This document shows, one piece after another, positions 41,250 to 49,700 of a DNA stretch of 64,000 bases. The stretch's first letter is position 1; each line of letters opens with the position of its first letter. This DNA is from Methanobacteriota archaeon (GTDB taxonomy: Archaea; Undinarchaeota; Undinarchaeia; Undinarchaeales; Undinarchaeaceae), in assembly GCA_002687935.1 (NCBI GenBank), contig NZBN01000007.1, forward strand, positions 84,383-148,382, in the 5' to 3' direction. Below the pieces are notes generated by a model. It was given only the letters and a program-made list of their open reading frames with translations, was not told the DNA's origin and did not search any database. The translations under genes and the position numbers were made by a program.

Positions 41250-42341
41250 ATGGAATTCTTAGTAAAAAACGCGATGAATCGCGAACCAGAACATTCGGCA
41301 GCACCCGCTGTCGGAAAAGCAAAAATTGTAGTTGTCGGCGCTGGAGGCGCAGGCAACAACTCTATCAGCCGGCTCATGACAATGGGCGGCGTTCACGGTG
41401 CAGAAACTGTAGCAGTGAACACAGACATGCAACATCTTGAGGCCACAAAGGCTGATACAAAGATACTGCTTGGCTACAAGCTCACACAGGGGCTTGGTGC
41501 CGGAGGATATCCTGAGGTTGGCCGGAAGGCTGCAGAAGACAGCAGGAACGAAGTCCGTGAAGTTATGAGGGGTGCACATCTTGTCTTCCTCACTTGCGGA
41601 CTTGGAGGAGGTACAGGAACTGGCGCAGTTTCTATATTGGCAGACATCGCCAAGAAGGAAGGTGCAATAGTAATCGCAACGGTTACGACGCCTTTTGACC
41701 TCGAGAAAGCCCGCCTAATAAAGGCAGAAGAAGGTCTTTCGGAACTCAGGAAAGTTGCAGATACAGTAATTGTAATAGATAACAATAAGCTTGTTGAGCA
41801 GGTTCCGAACTTGCCACTTGAGCAGGCTTTTGCAGTCTGCGATGAGCTTATAGCGACTATGATTAAGGGAATATCAGAAATAATAACTGTTCCTAGCTTG
41901 GTTAATCTGGACTTTGCCGACATAAAGTCAATAATGACTGGTGGCGGAGTTGCTATGATTGGAATCGGAGAGTCTGACACCACCAATAAAGTCGAAGAAG
42001 CAGTGAAGAGTGCAATGCAGCACCCACTTCTTGATGTCGACTACAATGGCGGAACTGGTGCCTTAATCCACATAGCCGGTGGACCAGGAATGACTCTGTC
42101 TGAAGTTACAAAGGCAGGTAATCTGATATCCGGTGAGCTGGATCCAAGTGCCCAGGTAATCTGGGGTGCAAGAGTTGATCCTGAACTTGATGGACGAATA
42201 CGAGTGATGACAATCGTAACTGGTGTCACCTCACCTCATATACTTGGAAGGAACAGTCCAAGTCCTACACTGGAAAAAAATTCTTCTCCGGGTGCTGAAG
42301 CGCCTGAAATGATGAAGGAATTGCGAATAGATTACACATAA
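41250..42341 (+). CDS. ftsZ: Cell division protein FtsZ
   Basis: GAGGAGNN, AVNTD, GLGAGGYPEVG, GGGTGTG tubulin signature, NLDFAD. Confidence 0.97.
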   Translation: MEFLVKNAMNREPEHSAAPAVGKAKIVVVGAGGAGNNSISRLMTMGGVHGAETVAVNTDMQHLEATKADTKILLGYKLTQGLGAGGYPEVGRKAAEDSRNEVREVMRGAHLVFLTCGLGGGTGTGAVSILADIAKKEGAIVIATVTTPFDLEKARLIKAEEGLSELRKVADTVIVIDNNKLVEQVPNLPLEQAFAVCDELIATMIKGISEIITVPSLVNLDFADIKSIMTGGGVAMIGIGESDTTNKVEEAVKSAMQHPLLDVDYNGGTGALIHIAGGPGMTLSEVTKAGNLISGELDPSAQVIWGARVDPELDGRIRVMTIVTGVTSPHILGRNSPSPTLEKNSSPGAEAPEMMKELRIDYT

Positions 42342-42355
42342 TAAAACCACCCACG

Positions 42356-42395
42356 GGCTCCTAGTTTAAATCCTGGGAGCCTCCCTCTTTTTTTT
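42356..42395 (+). terminator. Hairpin plus U-tract terminator after ftsZ
   Basis: GGCTCCTAG-loop-CTGGGAGCC followed by T8; lies between convergent genes. Confidence 0.7.
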
Positions 42396-42401
42396 AATTT
42401 A

Positions 42402-44144
42402 TTAGAAGGTTCCAGACCAGATTCCTATTGTTATCCAGTAGGTTTTTACTAAGGTGTAGAGAGCCAATAATATGAGTATCTCGACCATCAGACCGGCTTT
42501 CAGGAGATCTTTTTGTTTGAAGTATCCTGTTGAATATGCCATAGTATTTGGAGGAGTTCCATAAACTGTCAAGAAGGCGAATGCAGTAGGTATGGCAGTT
42601 ACTAAAGCTATTAGGACTGGGTCTATATTTGAGATGAGAGCTATGTTAAGAGATATCGGAATAAGTATTGCTGCGGATGCTCCGCCACTGAGGAACTCCG
42701 TTGCTATTGCAGCTACAATTATTATACTGAGCATAATTAGAAGTGGTGATTCAGAAGGAAGAACATTTAGAGCTCCTCTTGCAAGCCACTCTGCCGCCCC
42801 TGTATCTTTGAGTGAGATACCCATTGTTATCGCAGCTCCGTAAATAAACATAATTCCCCACGGTATACTCCGTTCAGCCTCTTCCCAGTCTATAACTCCG
42901 GCAAGGAACATGAGGATGGAGCCGAATATAGCAATAGTTCCTAAGTCTATAAGGCTCGAGCTGGTAATGAAGAGAAGAATTGTAAAGCCGAATACTCCAA
43001 GTGCCCTCCATTGTCTGGTACTCATTGGTTTTACAGTTTTCTTTATTTCAGCAAGTGCATTTTCAATCGAGAAGTCCTTAGGGGGTGGGAAGGTTATTCT
43101 TAAAATTATCCACACGATTGGTATCATTATCAGGGTCAAAGGTGCCGCCGCCTTCATCCATGTGAAATATGAAAGTTCAATTCCTGCCAATTCCTGAAGG
43201 AATCCTAGTGTCACAGCATTTCTTGCTCCTCCAGATGGAGTTGCTAAACCGCCAATACTGGCTCCGAATGCCACAGCAAGAACTAGGGCTATTCTGAATG
43301 GTCCCTTCAACTCAATCATGCTCACTATAAGTATGGCAACTGGAATCAGCATCGCGGCGACTGTATGGTCCGATATAAACATGGCAAGGAATGCGGAAAC
43401 TGTGACAAAAAGAAGGAGAAGGAGATTGGCGCTATTTCGTGAATATGTAAGAATTTTGACAGCTAGTCTCTTCGCAATACCACTTTGTGTAAGCCCTTGG
43501 GCAAGTAGAAGAGAACCTATAATAAAGAATACTGCAGGGTGGGCATAGGTCTTGAAGGACTCTGTGGGTGTCCCATATATTCCGAAGAAGTATAGCAATA
43601 TTCCGGGGAGGAAGGCAGTAACGGGTAAGGGGACTACCTCAGATACCCAAAGTATGATTATAAAGACGAAAATTGCAATTGCCCTCTGCCCCAATATACT
43701 CAGCCCTGGCATAGGGATTATCAAAAGAAGAAGTAAAATTATTACTGAAAAAAGACCGAAATATCGTTTCTTTGTTACATCTTCTCTAAATTTCTCAACG
43801 TCAGTAATTTCCTCCTTTAATTTGGAGATTTCCACACGCATTCTCTCGATTCCTGTGACATCAACTTCCTTTTTCCCAATTGCGTCAAGTTCCTTTGTTA
43901 CTTTCTCAAGATGCTTACTAATGGAATCACGCGCTTTCGCTTCTTTTATCTCCTCTTTCATCCGCTCCTCTTCTGTTTCGCGGATTATGTACTCAAGAGG
44001 CTCCTCCTTTTCAGCTTTCTTATTCTCAGCTGACTTTCCGGTTTTCTTCGTTTTATCTTTCCCCTTACCGTTGCCATTGATGAGCTTTTTAAGCTTTTTA
44101 GACGTCTTTTTAACCACCATCTCTTTTTTCCTTGAGTTGTCCAC
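42402..44144 (-). CDS. SLC13/DASS sodium-coupled anion (dicarboxylate/sulfate) transporter
   Basis: WVSEVVPLPVT, ISDHT, SIGGLATPSGGARN, GTPPN motifs; about 125-aa charged N-terminal extension. Confidence 0.88.
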   Translation of the reverse strand: MDNSRKKEMVVKKTSKKLKKLINGNGKGKDKTKKTGKSAENKKAEKEEPLEYIIRETEEERMKEEIKEAKARDSISKHLEKVTKELDAIGKKEVDVTGIERMRVEISKLKEEITDVEKFREDVTKKRYFGLFSVIILLLLLIIPMPGLSILGQRAIAIFVFIIILWVSEVVPLPVTAFLPGILLYFFGIYGTPTESFKTYAHPAVFFIIGSLLLAQGLTQSGIAKRLAVKILTYSRNSANLLLLLFVTVSAFLAMFISDHTVAAMLIPVAILIVSMIELKGPFRIALVLAVAFGASIGGLATPSGGARNAVTLGFLQELAGIELSYFTWMKAAAPLTLIMIPIVWIILRITFPPPKDFSIENALAEIKKTVKPMSTRQWRALGVFGFTILLFITSSSLIDLGTIAIFGSILMFLAGVIDWEEAERSIPWGIMFIYGAAITMGISLKDTGAAEWLARGALNVLPSESPLLIMLSIIIVAAIATEFLSGGASAAILIPISLNIALISNIDPVLIALVTAIPTAFAFLTVYGTPPNTMAYSTGYFKQKDLLKAGLMVEILILLALYTLVKTYWITIGIWSGTF

Positions 44145-44203
44145 TCCTTATAAGTCTTTAGATTTGCATTAATAATTTAAATACAGGGCTTATATTGTAG
44201 CGT

Positions 44204-45874
44204 ATGAAATACGGAAAACTTGTTGATTCTTACAGAAAGCTCAGCTCCACAAACAAAAAACTGGAAAAAACGGACATAGTCTCAAAACTCTTAAAATCGG
44301 CATCAGACGAGGACCTCGAAGTTCTTGTACTACTTTCCCGTGGTAGAATTTTCCCTGAATGGGATGTGACTGAACTCGGCGTTGCCGACAGTATAATGAT
44401 AAAAACTCTTGCCAAAACTTCCGGAGTTCCTGAATCTGAAATAAAGTCAATTTCAAGAAAAAAAGGAGATCTTGGAGATGCAGCTGAGGAAATACTTGAA
44501 AAGAAAAGACAGACAACTCTTCACAAGAAGAGTTTAAGCCTTTCTGCAGTCTATTCAAACCTTCGCAAGATACCTTCTATTGGAGGTTCTGGTTCTGTTG
44601 AAAAAAGAATGGCATTAATTTCTGAGTTATTGTCGTCAGCTACTCCTGAGGAAGGAAAATACATAACCAGAACAGTATTACAGACTCTCCGCCTTGGTGT
44701 CGGGGAAGGAACCATCCGTGATGCTATAGCAAAGGCTTACGGACTTGAGGCTTCTCTTGTAGAGAGAGCTCACAATATAAGAAATGACTTCGGGGAAATT
44801 GTAAAAATAGCCAGAAAAGCGGGTGAAACTGGTCTTAAGAAGCTCTCTCTGGAAGTCGGACGTCCATTGAAACCAATGCTGGCACAGAAAACAGAGGGCA
44901 TAGAAAAAGCTGTCGAGGATATGGGTGGACTCGCTGCATGGGAAATAAAATATGACGGAATGCGTGTTCAAATACACAAAAAAGGAAGTGATATTCGCGT
45001 TTTCACACGAAGGCTTGATGATGTTACTAAGCAGTTTTATGATATAGTTGAAATTTCCTCAAAATCTATTGTTGCAAAAGACTGCATACTTGAAGGTGAA
45101 GCGGTTGGTGTAGATCCAAAGACAGGGAAGCCACTTCCCTTTCAGCAACTGTCCCGTAGGATAAAGAGAAAATATGACATCGAAGAACTTTCAAAAGAGA
45201 TTCCTGTCACAGTCAATCTTTTTGATATATTATATCTTGACGGAAAATCCCTTCTGGATTCTCCATTTGAGGAGAGGCGAAAGCTTCTTGTAAAGTCCGT
45301 AAAGCCAAACGGAGCAAAATTTGCTCTCGCTGAACAAGTTATTTCTGGTGACAAGAAAAAAATCACGAGATTTTATGATCATGCTCTTTCTATGGGTCAC
45401 GAAGGTCTTATGGCGAAGAATCTCAGTGCAAAATACACTCCTGGTTCTAGGGTGAAGCATATGTACAAGCTGAAACCTGAGATGGAAACCCTTGATTTAG
45501 TCGTAATCGGTGCCATTTGGGGGGAGGGCCGCAGAGCAAACTGGCTCGGTTCATTCATTCTCGGAGCCCGCGATGTTGATACATCAGAATTTGTCGAAGT
45601 TGGTAAGGTTGCAACAGGACTTAGCGATGAGAATCTAAAAAATCTTACAAAAATTCTCAAACCACTTATAACAAAGGACAATATTTCCACTCTTGATGTA
45701 AAACCGAAGCTAGTTGTTGAAGTCGGATATGAGGAGATACAGAAATCCCCAACATATCGCTCCGGTTTCGCTCTCCGATTTCCAAGAGTCAAGCAAATCC
45801 GGGACGACAAGGGTCCTGAGGATGCTGACAGTATAGAAAGACTGGCTAGGCTCTATGAAATGCAGAGAAAATAG
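44204..45874 (+). CDS. lig: ATP-dependent DNA ligase
   Basis: KPMLAQ, EIKYDGMR, EGLMAK, YKLK, DLVVIGA, LRFPR. Confidence 0.97.
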   Translation: MKYGKLVDSYRKLSSTNKKLEKTDIVSKLLKSASDEDLEVLVLLSRGRIFPEWDVTELGVADSIMIKTLAKTSGVPESEIKSISRKKGDLGDAAEEILEKKRQTTLHKKSLSLSAVYSNLRKIPSIGGSGSVEKRMALISELLSSATPEEGKYITRTVLQTLRLGVGEGTIRDAIAKAYGLEASLVERAHNIRNDFGEIVKIARKAGETGLKKLSLEVGRPLKPMLAQKTEGIEKAVEDMGGLAAWEIKYDGMRVQIHKKGSDIRVFTRRLDDVTKQFYDIVEISSKSIVAKDCILEGEAVGVDPKTGKPLPFQQLSRRIKRKYDIEELSKEIPVTVNLFDILYLDGKSLLDSPFEERRKLLVKSVKPNGAKFALAEQVISGDKKKITRFYDHALSMGHEGLMAKNLSAKYTPGSRVKHMYKLKPEMETLDLVVIGAIWGEGRRANWLGSFILGARDVDTSEFVEVGKVATGLSDENLKNLTKILKPLITKDNISTLDVKPKLVVEVGYEEIQKSPTYRSGFALRFPRVKQIRDDKGPEDADSIERLARLYEMQRK

Positions 45875-45933
45875 TCACTACTCGAGAATAATAAAACTTT
45901 TATATACCACCTTAGTAACTGTACCTGTGGGAA

Positions 45934-46686
45934 ATGAGTAAAAATTCAGACGTCCTTAATTTGCTGAACCGCGTTGGCTTAAACAAGTATGAATCAGAGC
46001 TCTATACGGCGCTTCTTAAACTAGGAAGCTCTACTGCCGGCGAGCTTGCATCAAAGTCAAACGTTCCAAGGTCAAGAGTTTATGATGTTCTTATAAGTCT
46101 GGAGAAGAAGGGCTTTGCCCTTATTCAGGTGGGAAGGCCTGTAAAATATACAGCAACAGCTCCGGATAAACTTGTCGGAAGTATAGTTTCAAATTATGAG
46201 GATGACCACAAGGAAAGACTTTCAGATTTTGAAAGAATAAAAGGAAATCTTTTGAAAAGTCTCAGCAGTATTCACGGAACTGAAGGTTCTGAAGATGACA
46301 ATCTTGTCGGAATTATTCGCGGAAAGTCTAATATCTACAGTCAGATGAAAAATATGATTTCTGATTCAAAATCTTCAATTGTGAAGATTGCAAGCGGAGA
46401 AAGTGCAGGGCATTTTGAAAAACATTGTTCAGGTCATATTGAGGGAGCAAAGAAAAGAGGAGTCAATACTCGTCTTATAATTAATTCAGACGGAAAGGAC
46501 TCAGATTCAAAATCTTCAGCAGATTCAAGACTGTCAAAAAACAGCCACGGACGTTTTTTCGTTAAAGATGGAGAAGAACTTCTTGCATTTCTAAAGGGTG
46601 GCGAATCTGCTCTCTGGATACGCGATTCATCTTTGGCAGGCTCTTTTGCAGGACTCTTCGAATCAGTTTGGCAGAACAGCAAGTAA
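45934..46686 (+). CDS. TrmB-family transcriptional regulator
   Basis: GLNKYESELY...ELASKSNVPRSRVYDVLISLEKKG HTH followed by a PLD-like effector domain. Confidence 0.9.
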   Translation: MSKNSDVLNLLNRVGLNKYESELYTALLKLGSSTAGELASKSNVPRSRVYDVLISLEKKGFALIQVGRPVKYTATAPDKLVGSIVSNYEDDHKERLSDFERIKGNLLKSLSSIHGTEGSEDDNLVGIIRGKSNIYSQMKNMISDSKSSIVKIASGESAGHFEKHCSGHIEGAKKRGVNTRLIINSDGKDSDSKSSADSRLSKNSHGRFFVKDGEELLAFLKGGESALWIRDSSLAGSFAGLFESVWQNSK

Positions 46687-46703
46687 TCACTTATTAAACA
46701 AGG

Positions 46704-46765
46704 TTTATAAATGGAGTTACACTACATTTTCAGGGTGTAACCAGCACTATGTGGCGTTACACTAC
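46704..46765 (+). promoter_or_regulatory. Promoter (TTTATAAA 46704-46711) with operator-like GTTACAC(TAC) repeats
   Basis: GTTACACTAC at 46716-25 and 46756-65 (40 bp apart); inverted GTGTAAC at 46735-41. Confidence 0.65.
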
Positions 46766-46782
46766 TAAAACGGTGCTTTGAA

Positions 46783-49700
46783 TTGGTCTATAAACGCTAT
46801 ATCAAAAAAGGCGGGAAGAAAGTAGGTCCTTATTATTATGACAGTATGCGCGACGCAGACGGAAAAGTTCGTACAATATATATAGGACGCGACCCGACGG
46901 AATATCTCAGGAAAAAAGAGAGTTCAAAAAATAATATTTCATCTCCGTCTTCAAATTCTTCATCTCCAATGAGGAAAATTCCCTCCCGTCCCTTGGGCGG
47001 TTATCGCAAGACGAAAGTTGACTCAAAGTTCATAGGTTTCTCTCTGGTTTTTCTTGCTCTTATTGCAGTGGTTCTATCTTCTCCTTTATCGGACGCGCCA
47101 ACAGGACTTCTTGCGGGCGGTCAAAAAGTTTCAACAAGCTGGGAAAATGTAGAGTTTCTGCAAATCGCGACTGGTCAGAGAGCGGTTTCCCATCACATAG
47201 TTTTCGGAAGCAACAAGCCAGAGGCCTGTGAAGATGGCATATTTGTTCTCTCTGGTAATGGAGAGGAAGTTGATTTTACTCTTACTGACAAGATTATTTC
47301 TGGAGGAGAATGTCAGAAAGCAATTATCCACTTCACTGCGGGTCCTGAGGCAGATATTGCTGCTGTTTTAGGCCTCTTTGAAATAGATGAAATAAATCTT
47401 GCATCTGAATATTCAATATTCTATGGTCTTGTAATATCAGGGGGTGTCGGAAGTTCTCCTTCTACTGTTGAAGCGGCAGACGAACAGGAACTGCAGGACA
47501 TTCACCTGGAATCTTCCCAGATAGTCGCCGGAGAAGATATTATGTGGACAAAGAAGGTGAAAGTTCAGAATACTGAAAAGCGCCCAAGGACCCTGGATGT
47601 CAGTATTGGCATACCAGATGATGCGAAGAGTGTCACTTTTACAAGCTACACATCTCCAAATGAATTTTTTGTTTCAGACACTGTGGAGGGGCAGTCTGTT
47701 GATTACGAGTATTCATTAGAGAGTCTTGAGTCAGAAACTTTTGAAGTAGAATATGTTACGGAGGGTCCAGTTGTTGAAGAATCAAATCTTTCAGAGGCTG
47801 ATGGCAGGCTCACAAAGACTGTTAATGTTTCATCGGACTATCATTACGAAAATGTTCTCACCTATGCAGCAGTTCCTGACCTCGAGCCTGAGCAGGTTCA
47901 TCTCTTCTGGATTATTGATGGTATTAAAACTGATGTCACTGAAAGGGCAGATTTCAATGTGAGCTTCTACGACGAGAACGGCGACGGGCTCATTGATAAA
48001 ATGTCCTGGGTCGTTCCCCACCTCTCTACTCAGGAATTCGTTCTTGTTTTTGACATCACTGTAATAAATCCATGGCATTATGGAGCCAGCGGAGAGGACT
48101 GGATTGTTTACTTTAACACAACGGGTGAGGGGACGCTGAACATAAGCAAAGACAGTTTAGCAGATTCAGTGCTTTCTTTTAACTGGATAAAATGCGGTAT
48201 TGCTACCCTGACTCCGATTATTGATGGTCCAAGTGTTATTGTCTACAACTATTCCTGTGACTATAAAGGAAGTATCAGTCATACGATATCTGAGATGCCG
48301 TCTGAGGTCTTCAGTCAGACTTTGAACTTTGGAAATGACCTGTATAATGATGTTGATTTTGCTTATGATCCTTCGTGTACTGAAGAGCTTCAACATCCAA
48401 TTACTTGCGACACTTCAACATACCCTGGTGGTGGTCCAGGGATTACTTGCGATATGATGTTTGGACTTCCTGTTGTATACCAGGATGGAACGAACTGCTT
48501 CGCAACTGGAGCTCCTGGCACCGGAATGGAGTGCACTAACATGGGGCCTCCCGTCTCCGTAGAATGCGCGGTCTTCAGTTCTGGAATTCCGGAAGCAACA
48601 ATAACGGCCTCCGATGCAACTGCAACAGAAGCAGGTTTAACAACTGGTGACTTCACAATAGCTCTTGATTCAGCCGCCTCCGGCAATCTGGTAATAGATT
48701 TTACCGTCAGCGGAAATGCTACATCTGGAAGTGACTATACAAGTATTGGAACTGTTGCAACAGTCAAAAATGGCTTCGACAATGTTGTTGTAACTGTCAC
48801 TCCCTTGTATGATAGACTTATTGACGAATCAGAAACTGTAATCGTAACTCTTGATTCTGGTTCAGGTTACACCATGGGAATTCCATACTCGGCAACGGTT
48901 ACTATAACAAATAATGACCACAGATTTACTATGGGTACAGAGGGTACAACATCGGCTTACACTGTAAATGGATCAACAAATATGACGATTTTAAACAACA
49001 CTATCTACAATACTGATCAGATAATAAACTTCACTCACTCAACACACGGAGTCAGGCTGGCTTTGAATGCCCCATTATCCACTTCCTTCATAAACCTAAC
49101 GTCTCTTGTAATTGATGCTAGCTATCTAAAAACTGCCATAAACTTTACTAGTGTTTCAGGTCCTGATTCTGCTAACCATACTATATATTTCCCTCTAACT
49201 GGAGCCGGCGGATATATATGTCCGGATGCAAATGCGACTTCTCAGGTTTCATCAGGCTGTTCAAAAGTTGTCACCTTCTCACATCCTGAGGCTTTAAACG
49301 GAAGTGCAAAAGGAGGTTTCCAGTTCTATATAGAAGGGTCAAGCTACAAAATAATGAATCTCTCTGGTAGCGGAGGCGGCGGCTGGGAACAGCCCGGTCA
49401 TACGACGCCCCTGCTCAATATGACGGACAATCCAAACAACACAAGCAGTGCAAATCTCACAGCCTGGAACCAGTCCACAAACCAGAATAACAGCGTTGCC
49501 GTTTACAACAATTATGACTGGATTGTCAACAACACCTCAATCGCTGTGGTAAACATGGCATTCGATGTTAACAACTCGACGGGCGTTAACAACTACGGGA
49601 ATGGAAGCTCTGGTGTTGTCAGCGGACCGACTCATATGTCAAACGCAAGTTGCAAGAGAGGCGGCTGCTACAAGTTCGACGGTGTCAATGATTTCATCAA

